Virus record (IMG/VR): IMGVR_UViG_3300030450_002076
Span: 1 to 54,476 of that record
Direction: 5' to 3' (one strand)
DNA length: 54,476 bases
Source of the DNA: a virus
Lineage: Duplodnaviria > Caudoviricetes
Part shown: one piece after another, positions 35,754 to 47,700 of the stretch
How the letters are laid out: each line of letters starts with the position of its first letter
Position numbering within the stretch: the first letter of the stretch is position 1
Translations under genes and position numbers: made by a program
The notes under the pieces: generated by a model
Databases searched by the model: none
What the model saw: only the letters and a program-made list of their open reading frames with translations
What the model was told of the DNA's origin: nothing

Positions 35754-35935
35754 TACAAATTACAAAATGGTTAAACCCAGTAGAATACACATATCATAAA
35801 GGTGAATTTATCACTCAAAGAGAATGGTTAGAAGAATTAAGAGATGATTTGAAAACTAAAGTTGATGTTGATGTATTTATAGAAACAAACACTGCAGATC
35901 AAAGTCAAGCAGTATTTAGAGAAAAGCTAAAATAA
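35750..35935 (+). CDS. Hypothetical protein
   Basis: 61 aa; ATGA overlap. Confidence 0.65.
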   Translation: MIQITKWLNPVEYTYHKGEFITQREWLEELRDDLKTKVDVDVFIETNTADQSQAVFREKLK

Positions 35936-35945
35936 GGAGTAGAAC

Positions 35946-36737
35946 ATGAATCCATATCAGGAAATTAGAAAAGTTCCATTAGATTTTAATGGAGTTAAGT
36001 CATCTGCTTATGCAGTTCAAAGATTAGATGAAGAAAAAGGATGGAAAGAAGCAGGTGTAGTTAGAGAGAACTATTTATTAGTTCCTAATGAAGAAGTTAC
36101 AGAAGCAGCAGAGAAAATTGCACAAGAAACAGATATTAAATTTGAATTTGATAGAGAGTTCTTTAATGGACATAGCTTTATCTATTCTATGAAATCTTCT
36201 GATTCTATAGGTGAAATTAAAGTTGGAGATGATGTAGCGCTAGGATTACAATTCTGGAATAGTTATGATGGTTCTAGATCATTCGGATTTTCTATGATGT
36301 TGTATAGATTATTATGTACAAATGGTATGATGAGTAAAAAAGTATTTGATACATATAGATTTAAACATACACCAGGACAAGACGAAGGTTGGCAGGAATC
36401 ATTAGATAAAGTTGTAACCAAGATCAATACTATAAGTAGTGGTGATGAGAAGATAGATAACTTTATACTAAATTTACAAAAACTTGAAGATTATAGAATT
36501 ACTTCAAAGAATTTAGGACAAGTTAGACACAATCATTTAAAAGATATACCGACTAGTTTATGGGGACAAATTCTAGATAGATTTCTAGATCCTGCAGGTC
36601 AGTATCATTCAGAAACAAATGGTTGGGGACTATTAAATTCAGCTACAGATATATTATGGCACAAAGATAAACCTAATCTTGCAGGGTACAATCAAAATGC
36701 TAAAATAGTAGATGGATTGATTGAGGCAGTAGCGTGA
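35946..36737 (+). CDS. DUF932/DUF945-family protein
   Basis: Y.LVPN, NSYDGS.SF, RLLCTNGM, F.H, WGLLN..T motifs. Confidence 0.85.
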   Translation: MNPYQEIRKVPLDFNGVKSSAYAVQRLDEEKGWKEAGVVRENYLLVPNEEVTEAAEKIAQETDIKFEFDREFFNGHSFIYSMKSSDSIGEIKVGDDVALGLQFWNSYDGSRSFGFSMMLYRLLCTNGMMSKKVFDTYRFKHTPGQDEGWQESLDKVVTKINTISSGDEKIDNFILNLQKLEDYRITSKNLGQVRHNHLKDIPTSLWGQILDRFLDPAGQYHSETNGWGLLNSATDILWHKDKPNLAGYNQNAKIVDGLIEAVA

Positions 36738-37111
36738 AACACAGCGAAATGTTAAACTTGATGAAGAGTATCCACGAGAAGATTGTGGGTACTCATACTC
36801 AAGGACAAAAAGAGTATGCAAGAGACGAAGATAATGTATTCGCTAATTTTGAAAGAATAGCTAATGATATGAATATGAAAAAAGAACTTGTTCTTTGGAT
36901 ATATTTATATAAACATATAGATGGTATAAAAGCACATATAAACGGACATACTTCTCAAAGAGAAAATGTAAAAGGAAGAATAACTGATGCTATAGTATAC
37001 TTGAATATATTGTGGGCTATGATTGAAGAAAGAGAAAGTGAATTAATGGAAAAACATTATCCAGGTAAATCAAAATATTATTATAGGAGAAACAATGGCG
37101 AATCTAAATGA
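36734..37111 (+). CDS. Putative nucleotide-modification-associated all-alpha protein (DUF1599/MazG-like)
   Basis: G.KEYA...NVFANFERIA...KH.DGI...E...GRITDAIVYL. Confidence 0.55.
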   Translation: MKHSEMLNLMKSIHEKIVGTHTQGQKEYARDEDNVFANFERIANDMNMKKELVLWIYLYKHIDGIKAHINGHTSQRENVKGRITDAIVYLNILWAMIEERESELMEKHYPGKSKYYYRRNNGESK

Positions 37112-37415
37112 TCCAAAAGAACGTACTAAATATTGGACAGAACATGCAGCTAAAATATTAGTTGGTAAAACAATAACAAAAGTAGAATATCTAAACAATA
37201 AAGATTGTAAAGATGCTTTTGGTTGGTATAAAAGACCAATAACTTTCACATTAAATACTGGTGAAGTTGTTATTGCTCAGATGGATGATGAAGGAAATGA
37301 TGGTGGAGTTTTATTAGTTGAGTATCCAGGACAAACCACTACTAGTAAACATTTTCCAGGAAAAGTGTTTCAGAAAACTGATACATTACCTGTATTAACT
37401 GTGGAGGATGAATGA
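37095..37415 (+). CDS. Hypothetical protein
   Basis: 106 aa; LVGKTITKVEY, DDEGNDGG motif; AGGAG RBS. Confidence 0.7.
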   Translation: MANLNDPKERTKYWTEHAAKILVGKTITKVEYLNNKDCKDAFGWYKRPITFTLNTGEVVIAQMDDEGNDGGVLLVEYPGQTTTSKHFPGKVFQKTDTLPVLTVEDE

Positions 37416-37579
37416 GAACTGAAGCTCTAATTAAACATACTATTAAAGAACTTGAGCTTAATGCTGAGGAAATGGAATTATGGGATGGAGAACCAGACCT
37501 TTATATAAATAATGGTTGGATTGAAGCATTAAATTGGGTTTTAGGTAACAGGAAAAAAAGAGATAAATGGGGGTCTTAA
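37412..37579 (+). CDS. Small hypothetical protein (55 aa, not in ORF track)
   Basis: GGAGGA RBS; ATGA overlap; ends ...GWIEALNWVLG... Confidence 0.55.
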   Translation: MRTEALIKHTIKELELNAEEMELWDGEPDLYINNGWIEALNWVLGNRKKRDKWGS

Positions 37580-37842
37580 TGAAAAAGCAAACAGGTCGTA
37601 GGAAGAAACCTACAATGATGGAAGTTAAAGATGCTATAAATGGTTTAATATTAAGAGTAAATGAATTACAACAATATCAAACTAATATGGATCGTATACT
37701 AACATCTTACATAAACTTCAATAAGCATGAAGATGGTTTTAAAGAATATTTAATTAAAATAAGGGAGGAAATAGAAAATGTCAAAAACAACCCAGAAGAG
37801 CAAGACGTTGAAAGATTTAAGCAGCGAATTGCAGAGCGTTAA
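37567..37842 (+). CDS. Hypothetical protein
   Basis: 91 aa ORF in operon. Confidence 0.6.
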   Translation: MGVLMKKQTGRRKKPTMMEVKDAINGLILRVNELQQYQTNMDRILTSYINFNKHEDGFKEYLIKIREEIENVKNNPEEQDVERFKQRIAER

Positions 37843-37957
37843 AGCTGAAATAGACAATATTGATAGTGTAATGAATAATTTCGTTGAAGAATTTGACGAA
37901 CTTAAACAATATATCAAAATCGTTTGTTCAAAACTAGGCGTAGAAAATGAGCTATAA
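37778..37957 (+). CDS. Small coiled-coil protein (59 aa, not in ORF track)
   Basis: GGAGG RBS; MSKTTQKSKTLKDLSSELQSVKAEID... Confidence 0.55.
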   Translation: MSKTTQKSKTLKDLSSELQSVKAEIDNIDSVMNNFVEEFDELKQYIKIVCSKLGVENEL

Positions 37958-38165
37958 AGAAGTTATTGTATTATTAGAACAGGCTATCGAAATTTTAAAA
38001 AAAGAAGATGGTCCAGAAGGTGCAATGAGAAGATATACAGCTAAATTAAAAGAGGAGTTACACTATGCCAAGCAAGAACAAAGCGAGGGGGAACAGACTA
38101 GAGAGACTAGTAGTGAACGAAGCGAAATCCTTAGGGATCAAAGCAATTCGAGCATATGCAAGTAA
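37947..38165 (+). CDS. Hypothetical protein
   Basis: 72 aa; 3' part overlaps the resolvase gene. Confidence 0.45.
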   Translation: MSYKEVIVLLEQAIEILKKEDGPEGAMRRYTAKLKEELHYAKQEQSEGEQTRETSSERSEILRDQSNSSICK

Positions 38166-38376
38166 TGGTCTTTCCTTAGGAGAAGCCGAAGATGTTGATG
38201 TTAAAATAGGAACTTTTAAAGGTCAATGTAAAATGCGTAAAAAGATTGCGTCATTTATGAAACCACCTGAAAGTTGTGATATAGCATTAATAAAAGAAGA
38301 TAGAGAAGAAACTTTAGTAGTAATAAGATACCAAGATTTTCTTAATATGATTTTAAAAGAAATGGGGAGGTTATAA
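38065..38376 (+). CDS. Holliday junction resolvase (Hjc-like PD-(D/E)xK)
   Basis: K.RG...ER, A.R...S, DV.I...QCK motifs. Confidence 0.8.
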   Translation: MPSKNKARGNRLERLVVNEAKSLGIKAIRAYASNGLSLGEAEDVDVKIGTFKGQCKMRKKIASFMKPPESCDIALIKEDREETLVVIRYQDFLNMILKEMGRL

Positions 38377-38378
38377 CT

Positions 38379-38600
38379 ATGAATATAAAGTTTCAAAAAG
38401 CTAAAATACACTTTGAACTAGAGAAAATGATGTTAGCAGCACTAAAGATTTTAGATAGCTCTAATGTTAAAGAAGAAACACTTGAGGGAATGTTGCTGCA
38501 AATGGCTTTAATTAGTCAAATAAAAACAATATTTCAACAATCAGAAAATAAGATTAAAGCTCTGATAGAACAAAGTATGATAGCAGAAGAAAAAAATTAG
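38379..38600 (+). CDS. Hypothetical protein (last gene of early arm)
   Basis: 73 aa; GGAGG RBS. Confidence 0.6.
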   Translation: MNIKFQKAKIHFELEKMMLAALKILDSSNVKEETLEGMLLQMALISQIKTIFQQSENKIKALIEQSMIAEEKN

Positions 38601-38973
38601 GGATAAACGTTAATTGAAAAGTAACAAAATAAGTTGTTTAGAGATTAGTGGTAGTCGGATACCAGAAAACAAGTAATGTCATTTGCTAGTTTATCCCTAG
38701 TAATTAGGTAGAAATAAATCTGATGTAGTCCAAGCTGAGACATGTCTAAATGCGGATATAAGCAAACTGCAAAGGTGGTTCCGTCAACATCAGATAAATT
38801 TAATGTAGTCATGTTAGTCACGGAAATAAACAGGTGAGCCTCAAGGACGAACGATCTAGGCGATTTATCGACTAAAGTGTAAGCCCCTGGACAATATTCC
38901 TGATTTCTAAGAGAACCTGTATGGCGCTACTTCGAGCTTTAGACCTAGGCTAGTAGTTGCATTGACTGCATTA
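38598..38973 (+). ncRNA. Three back-to-back closed structured RNA domains at the strand convergence
   Basis: Closing stems 38598-608/38689-699 (11 bp), 38718-726/38787-795 (9 bp), 38801-811/38963-973 (11 bp, with a wobble valid only on +). Confidence 0.6.
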
Positions 38974-41697
38974 TCTACCTTGTTTTTGAAGGTAATCTAA
39001 AGAGTCATAAATACTTTTGGATAGTTTCATCTTTTTAAGTTCTTTTTGTTTTTCCTGCCAACGTGAACTAGGATTCATTCCAAGTTCTGATTGAGCAACC
39101 CAACCAAGGTTACCTTCAGCAAGTTGAGGTAAATGTCTAAATCCAAGTCTTCCAAAAAAAGCATTGCCTAATCTTACCATATTATACAAGCTAGGGTCAC
39201 CTGAAATATCATAATGATCCTGAAGACCTCCCAAATAAGATAGCATACTATCATCATCAACATTAATGACATTAAACATATGACCTAAATTAATCCATGT
39301 AGATAAATGAGGAATACCTATATTACCTCTAATAGGACCTGAACCATGAAAAACTTTCTTTTTATCTTCTTCATCACCAACAATAGCAGTTGCAGTATCT
39401 TGTAATCTTGCTAAAGGATCAAGTTCAATTAATCCAGTAAAATCAAGACCAGTCATAGCAGAAGCAAAAGTAGGAGCTAATCCATATATTAAACCTAATT
39501 TATATAATCTCCATTGATTTTCAGTGGTCATTTTCTTGTCAGCTAATAAATCATTTTTTGCCTTATCCCAGTATTCTTTAGTTCTTTCAAAGATTTTAAA
39601 GGAGTATTGTTGGAATTGAAATACTAATTGACCTCCACCTTCTCTCATAACTTTAGATTTAGAAAATTTACTATAATCAAAATGTAAAGCTACAGTCATA
39701 TTAACAGCATAATTCTTAGCATAATTTGCTCTTTTTTGCTCTATTAAATTTGCCCATCCTTTTTTAGGTTCTTCTTTATGAGAAGCTAAATATCTATCTT
39801 TCACCATTTTATCAAAGTTAGGATTCTCTAAGCTTTTATACATTTGAGAATAAGCAATTTTATATGTCCACTTTCTATTTACATTCTCAGCCTTAGCCAT
39901 CCATTTACCAGATTTAGATGCAACACCAGACACAGCATTTAAAATCTTCTCTGATGCAGATATAGGAACATGCTCTAATTTTTTAGTTGTTTTATTATAT
40001 TGTACAGTAGTAAATCCATTAGGATTATTACCTATAGATTCTTCTAATTCCCTTGCTTCAGAAAACAAAATACCCAAACTTTCCATTTGAAGAGTAACTT
40101 CAGCATCCTTAACGGGATCTCTATAAAAATCAGCAGCTTGTCTTCTAGCTGTATTGTCCCAATGAACATAATTTAATAAAGCCTGAGACATATTTCTAAC
40201 AGCACTTCTAGGATTAAATCCAATCTTACTAATAAACTCTAATCCAAGTATAGTTCTCATCATATTATTAACTACTGGATTTTTTATTTCATTATAACCA
40301 GTAGCAGATCTGTGTAAATCATGTATAAATTCTAACACTGATTCACCATAGCCTCTAGAATCTTTCCCTGTTTTGTACATTTTTTCTAAATGAGATATAA
40401 CATCTTTTGTGTTTTTGTTTATAGTATTAATATAGTTAAACCTGTCTACATTTTGTGAATATTGAGCAATAACTGCAGGAAAATCTAATGAATATTTCAT
40501 TGATTCTGGACCTTGTTTAGCTCTTGACTTTGTATGTCCTGAAACATAACCTTCCATATTTTTAACAGCTTGATCTAAAGTCATTGAAGTATTGAAATAT
40601 TTGTTAGAAGCTAAAACCATATCCTCCATTCTTCCCATTAATCCATCCATAAAATCAACATTTAAATCAGTAGAAAAATGAGGAAAGTATCCTTTTTCAA
40701 AATTAGGCATTAACTTTTCTTCTAATAATGTACCAAGTCTATCCAAATTTTCTTTACTTTGATTTGATTGACCAAGCTTTACATTATCTATATAGGCTTG
40801 CATACCAGATGAAAGCGTATTATATAAATCATTAGTAAGAACCGTATATTCATATAAAGCATTTCTCATAGCAGGACTAATTAAATTGCCTTCTGCATCA
40901 ACTAACTCATTTAACTCATCTTTACTAAGGAAGGGATCTTTTCTTTTAACATCCCATTTTAACCACTTCTTAGGCTCATTAGGGAATTTCTTTTTAGAAT
41001 TTTCTAACTTTTTATTTATTAATTGTGGTAAACCATTTTCTATAAAACCAATAAACTCTCCATATACTTGTAGTTCAGAGTCAACAATTAAAGCTTCTTC
41101 TCTTTGCTCTATCAATCTGTATTGCTTTTGAGCTTCAATATCTCCAGTGTTTTCTGCCTTTAAATGTAATTTAATTTTATCTTCTCTATATTTTCTCGCT
41201 TGAGTAAGAGCATCACTTTTCGTAATCTTTTTTCCTATCTTAGATAAAGAATCTCTTCTAAATCCTCGAGCAATCATCTCTTCATCTAAAGCAGCATTAA
41301 TTTTATACTGCATTTCTTTATGTTTTGTCTCATTACCCTTATAGTAATGTGATGTATGAATATAACCATCTAATAACTTGCCTATCATAGGATCTTTTCT
41401 AGCAAATGCCTCAGGAGTATAGAATAAAGATGCCATTTTACCAGACAAGATGCCTGATTCAGCAGCTTCTTTAATATTTTGTAATCTATCTTTAAATCCT
41501 TTTATATCTCCTTTAGATAATTTCTGATTAAACTTTAATACCTCTAATGGCATTTTAAACTCTGATTGAATAAGGTTATAAAAAGCTTCATCAGGATCCA
41601 TTATGTTTTTAGTAACGTTTTTATCTTTCGTAAATTCATTATATGCTTTATATAAATCACTGAAGTGCGGGTTAAAATCACAATTTATTCTACTCAT
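38971..41697 (-). CDS. Large putative internal virion/ejection protein
   Basis: 908 aa, helical; K.G.NPRSAVRN..Q, HFDYS.F.K, QFQ.Y patterns like large phage cargo proteins; directly after the RNAP gene. Confidence 0.6.
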   Translation of the reverse strand: MSRINCDFNPHFSDLYKAYNEFTKDKNVTKNIMDPDEAFYNLIQSEFKMPLEVLKFNQKLSKGDIKGFKDRLQNIKEAAESGILSGKMASLFYTPEAFARKDPMIGKLLDGYIHTSHYYKGNETKHKEMQYKINAALDEEMIARGFRRDSLSKIGKKITKSDALTQARKYREDKIKLHLKAENTGDIEAQKQYRLIEQREEALIVDSELQVYGEFIGFIENGLPQLINKKLENSKKKFPNEPKKWLKWDVKRKDPFLSKDELNELVDAEGNLISPAMRNALYEYTVLTNDLYNTLSSGMQAYIDNVKLGQSNQSKENLDRLGTLLEEKLMPNFEKGYFPHFSTDLNVDFMDGLMGRMEDMVLASNKYFNTSMTLDQAVKNMEGYVSGHTKSRAKQGPESMKYSLDFPAVIAQYSQNVDRFNYINTINKNTKDVISHLEKMYKTGKDSRGYGESVLEFIHDLHRSATGYNEIKNPVVNNMMRTILGLEFISKIGFNPRSAVRNMSQALLNYVHWDNTARRQAADFYRDPVKDAEVTLQMESLGILFSEARELEESIGNNPNGFTTVQYNKTTKKLEHVPISASEKILNAVSGVASKSGKWMAKAENVNRKWTYKIAYSQMYKSLENPNFDKMVKDRYLASHKEEPKKGWANLIEQKRANYAKNYAVNMTVALHFDYSKFSKSKVMREGGGQLVFQFQQYSFKIFERTKEYWDKAKNDLLADKKMTTENQWRLYKLGLIYGLAPTFASAMTGLDFTGLIELDPLARLQDTATAIVGDEEDKKKVFHGSGPIRGNIGIPHLSTWINLGHMFNVINVDDDSMLSYLGGLQDHYDISGDPSLYNMVRLGNAFFGRLGFRHLPQLAEGNLGWVAQSELGMNPSSRWQEKQKELKKMKLSKSIYDSLDYLQKQGR

Positions 41698-41705
41698 TTA
41701 TTCTC

Positions 41706-44700
41706 CTATTTCTTTACTAATCCACAGTTAAACATTTCATCAAAAACTCTTTTTGTCTTACCTTGAGATACACTGCCTTCTACAATTGATCTAGATTGTT
41801 TTGTATATTCTTTTAAACTACTTAAGTCAAATGAATCAAGCATAGATGGTAGCTTTAATGTTAAACCTTTAAAATGCTTATCACCTCCATAAAGAGCGTA
41901 CAAACTATTACCTCTTAATGCTTTTCTAGCATCACCCATAGATGAAATATCCCAATATTTCCCATCACTATCTCTTGTTCCTTGTAGAGACTTGTTAGCA
42001 AACTTAGTTATATTAGCCTCCATATTAGATATATGTGCCAAATAACTCATTGGATTATATAAACCAGTAGATTCTATTGATCTTCTAACATGACTCATTT
42101 GGTCTATAAATTTACCAAATTCTTCATCTTGTCCAAATATCTTAAAAAACCTATGATAGAAGTCTAAAGATTCTTCATACTGTAATTTAAAATTATCAAC
42201 AGGTTTGGTTTGCATTGACCATCTATAGCTTTTATATGATTCGAAGGCGTTTTGTAAATTGGCTCCAAATTTAGGGAATGATAATTGTTCCATAGTTATA
42301 TCTGTATCACCTATTTTACCTGAAACAGGGTCAGTAGAGATTAATCTATGGTCTTTATTATAGTAATGCCCATAAACACCTCTTATATCAGCAAGAGCTT
42401 TTAATGCTCTACCCATATCAGGATCATCTGCTGATGCTTTAGCCATAAATCTTAAAATTCTTTCAAATCGTTTACTAGGTTTATAGGGCATAGCTACAGC
42501 AGTACCAGCAAATATACCCACTCTATTATTAGCAGCGCTTTGATTTGCATAGTTGTATAGAAAATGCAATCCATGGTCTTTAACACCTTTCATTAAAGAC
42601 ATTTCAATAATATCATTAGCAGTAGCCATATCAGGCAAGTTGCCTAACCATTTTCTCATTCTATTGTTTAATAAAGTCTTTGCATCATATCTTAGAGTAG
42701 TACCTAATGTGTTTAAGTCACCAAAAATTCTTCTTTCAAACTGATGCAATGTTTCTATATCCCTTTTCATTTTAGGAGTTGTTCCACTATGTCGTAATAT
42801 TTCATTTAATGTAGCCATCTCAGACTGAGTTTTAATATATTCAGGCTTTCCATCAATAGGAACAACTTCTATGAAACTATCTTTTAAATTTTCAATACTA
42901 GGTTGTTTTGCATATGCAGGATTAGCTTTTAATAACTCAGAATTTTTTAATTCAATTTCTTTTATCTGATCATTAATCTTATCCTTAAGTTCGTTTTTTC
43001 TCCTAACTGATATCGGTTGTTTATCTATGTATCCCCACTTCTTTTTTAGAAACTTAATAGTGTTTAGTCCATCATTTGTTGATTTAATAAAGCTCATTAC
43101 TTGAGAACTAAATTCAGAGAAATAATCAGGATCACTAACAAATCTACTCATAGATTGTTCCATCATTTTTACAGCATCACCAGTCAAACCTTCGTAATGT
43201 CTTTGTCTAGTAGGGTCAGCATCTCTGATTTGCCACATCAATCTATCAAACATTTGACCATGAGAACCAAACTCTGCTTCCTGTTTCATATTTGCTATTA
43301 AACCATCTTCAAAAGGATTTTGAGTAGGATTTGCATATACATCGCTTTCTTCTATATCAGCTTGTTTTTTCCATTGAGATTTTTTCTTAACTTTTTGCTC
43401 TGGTCTAAAGTAGCTTTCAAATACTCTACTATTACCATATCTCCTCTTTAATGCTGCGAAAGTATTCCATTGAGGGTTATCTAAATGAGTAAAGAAATCG
43501 TCAGTAAAATCTAAAATATCGTCATATGAAGGCTTTTTTCCTCTACCCTGTGCATCATATACATCAGTCCCTAAATTGAGCAATCTATTGTATTTTTGGA
43601 GCTGAAGATCAATTAAAGCTATGTCTTCAGGCATTAAATTCTCTTCTTTTTTAGTTTTTAGATTAAATCTTCTAAATAATCTTGGTCTTTCTGTAGATTT
43701 TCCTTGAGCCATTTTTCTTAAGAATCCAATGCTATAATTTTCACTTGTAGTTGATGGGTTGTTAGGGTCATTCATTCTTGTAAAGAGTAAGTTATGTCTA
43801 GCTTCTTTTTTCATACCAAACAAACTACCGTCAACTTCTTTTGCTGCATCTATAATATACTGACCTTCAACAACTGATCTGTGACGCCAATCATTAGTAT
43901 CATAATCCATAGTAACTACCCATTCACCACTATTTTTACCATCAACATCCTTACTTTCCATTATAACTCGCTGACCTTCATGTACTTTTGTAGTTTTATC
44001 AGCTAACCATCCTAATGCACGTGGTATTTTTTGAACTACACCTATATTTCCTCTAAATGTAGTTGAATTAGCCATAGAAGCAAGAAAGTTTTGATTTAAA
44101 TTTCTGTCCGTAAAACCTTTTCCACCAGTCAAATACAAACCTTGAGTCTTAGCTTTAAATTTACTGACATCAATACCTTGCATAAAGCTCCATGTATTCA
44201 CCCTATCTATATGGTCAAACATAGTTTTGCTATGAGCCCAGTAATAATCATTTTTATCTACATCATAATCACCTTCAAATATATTTAAAACATCTAATTT
44301 ACTTGCTATCATAGAGTTTCCATAATCCTTATGAAGGAAATCTTTTAAACCTACAATCATTTTATCATTAGGTCTAGTGCTAGGATAACGAGTAGTAATA
44401 ATAGCTACTTGGTAACTTCCGTTCCATTGGTCTTTTATTATATCATGAAGCTCACCTAAATTTTTTGATAACATTAAATCATAAGATTTTTCATCCTTAT
44501 AAATGTCCTTTAATTCTAGTAATTTATTATCATCTTTGTTTACAATTCTAACCTGAAAATCGTCTCTAGCTCCAGTAAAATTACTAACTTTTGAATTTCT
44601 TTCATGATCTGGGAGAAAAACTTCTCCATATTGTTTAATCTCACCTTGATCGTAGATAGTTCCTCTAGCTTGTAAGTTTGGGTCTAAAGATTGTATAAGA

Positions 44701-47700
44701 ACAGCCTTACCTCCAAATCGTCTACCTCCTATTCTAGCAGATTGATTAATAATTGGATCAATTAACTTTTTATAAAACTGAGATAAAACCGCTTTCTCAC
44801 TTATATGAGATGGGTCTCCAAATTGTGAATAAGTTTTTAAAGCACCTAAAGCTTGTGTTGCTCCACTATTAGACTGCACCATAGATTCTAACGATTGATT
44901 GTCTAAAGTCTCATCATTAAAGAAAGCTTGTCTTTTTAAAGGATCCCCGTACAAATCTCGAAAATCATTTAATGCATTTGTTAATCTGTTTCCATAAAGC
45001 TCACCAAACATTAATTGAGCTTCTGCGCTAGTTAAATAATTATAAGAACTGATAGATAGCTTAGCTACATCTTTATGATGTATTCTATCTTGCTTTATAA
45101 CAATGGCATCATTAGGAATTTCTCTATAGCCAGAGCTTTTTAAAGGGTCAGCACTAAGAACATCATTCCAACCACTATCAAAACCTTTCATAGCGGAAGT
45201 AGTAGTAAGCATATCAGATTCACTTTTGCTAAAGTAATCATTTAAAAATTTATCATAAACGAAAACTGTTTTTCCATATACGACTACATCTCCATCTGAT
45301 TGAATAATAGGTTTAAAGAGTTCAGTTTCACCACTTGCTGCTCTACCATATTTTAATTGTAAATATCTCATATATTCTTTAGAGATATAAGTGATACTAT
45401 CATAACCACTTTCATCAGCTCTATCATGCAGCTCTCTTTTCCACCACGCTTCAAATTCAGCATCTGAATTAAAAGATTCTCTTACTGCCTGCTTAACTGA
45501 AGAACCATTATTACCATCTTTTTCATCCCAAGCACTAATACGAGTAGTCCCTCTATTTTCAAACTTATTAATAATTTCTACATCATCTGCATTCCTAGCA
45601 GATTGTTTAGTTATTTCAGAAATACCTCTTTTAAAATTTGGAGTATGAAGCAAGTTTAATCTTTTTGTTAAGTTGTCTACATCTTTTTGCTGAGATAAAT
45701 AAGGTAAAAAATCATCAGTCTTTCTTCCTGAGCCTGCAACAAATCTTTCATAAACTATTGTTCTTAATGCCATTTCATGCGCAGATGTTTTAGTAGTAGG
45801 ATTATCAATCATTCTATTATATCTTGATAGCATATCTTGGTAATGAACCCCGTTATCAATCTTACTTAAATTATCTTTATAATGATCTATCATAGATTTA
45901 TAAGTCTTGGCTATATTAATTAATTCAGTATTTTTAACAACTAAAGGTTGCATAGACTCAGATATTCTAAATATTCTACCACCATTTGTTATGCCATCTC
46001 CCATAGTTTCAGAGCCAAAATCAAGGTCTGTACCAAATTCTCTTACTGGTATATTCCCTGCTACATCTAAAGAAGTATCAAACTCATCTAGTTGAGCTTT
46101 TAATATAGATTTCTCATCTCCACTTAAATAATTAGTTTCAGCTTCAAATAAACTAAATTGTCTTTTGTGATACTTACCTCTATTGTCGTAAGTAAATAAA
46201 TCTGTATTACCTTGAGCTAATATGACTGATAATTCCATCTCATCAAATAAATCAAACATTTTAGTTTTTTGCATTCTTACTCTTCTAGCAACAGGTTTAC
46301 CTAAATTATATTGAACTAATAATCTTTCTTGAGAATTAGCTTTACCTATCAATAAACTAGTCAAGTGATCTTTTGCTTCATTAAAAGATAAAGCATGTTC
46401 AGGATTATTTAAATCAAAATTTACTATTCTTTTATTGTTAGCATCAGGCAATCTCATATCTCTTTTAATTAAGTCATCAAGATAAGTATCTCCTCCAGTT
46501 TTAATTCCATCGTTTATAGAATTTAAAGCTATTGCTTGAGTTTCTGCATCCGCATACTCCACAACACCTGATGTACTAAAATATCTTTTGAAAAATTCAT
46601 CTTGAGATAAACTATTTTTATCGGTAGGTGCTTCATATACAGCTTGTATCATATCATTTACTTCATCTTGTGCAGCTTTCTTTTGAGCATCAATAGTATT
46701 AAAGTCCATACCTAATTGTTGAAATTCATATTTAATTAAAGCTGCCTTCGTAACAGTTTTACCATTTAAAGTGACTTCTTCAGATAAGCCATCTTCATTA
46801 AATTTATACTTTATATAACCTTCTGCACGATCTTTTTGAATAATCTCATTACTTTCCAACATGCTAATTAAATGCTTAGCGTATGTAGGATTTGCTGTTA
46901 ATATATTATCAAGTGTGTTTTTAAAACCTTGATGGTCTTTAGTAGAAACAGACATAAAATCTGTAATTACTCTTCGAGCGCTTATTTGCGCATCTACAGT
47001 AGCATAATCAAGTATGTTGTCTATTAAATTCATAGTACTTTTATCTACTAAAACTTTTTCATCTCCAAGAGAAAACAGTCTACCTGAAGGAGTATCGCTT
47101 CTACCTTCTAAATCTTTAGCCCAAGTATTATAACGAGAAACTTTTAAATTAAAATCAGTATCTGTTGCATCGATAGGTGCATCTATTAATTTTAATTGCC
47201 ATCCACGATTCATTCCTGAACTTTTTGCAACTAAATCAGCATCTTTTACTGATCTCATAGAAGTCACTGCTGTAACATCCTCTATAGAAACATTGCTTTG
47301 CCTTATAATATCTTGTAAAATATAATTCTGTGTAAATGCAGCCCATTTGCCCATTGCAGGACCTCTAGTCATCATTCCTTGCTTTCCTAAATATGATTGC
47401 AGTTCTCTTATTTGCTGAACATCTACTTCAATAGGCTTTGTATATTCATACCCACTATAATCATTTTTAGCTCCTAATAAATCAATAAAGTTATTAAGGA
47501 ATAATCTTTCACCAGAAACATCATCTGCTCCCTGAATAATAAATTGTTTTTCTTTAGCGTGAGGAATAAGTCTATCTAATCCATTATCATCTACTTGGAA
47601 TATACCAGCTCTCCTTGCAAATTGTATCATTTCCTGATGGCTTTGATGAATAGGAGATAATAAATCACTAACACGTTTAGCAGAATCTTTTGCTCTATTT

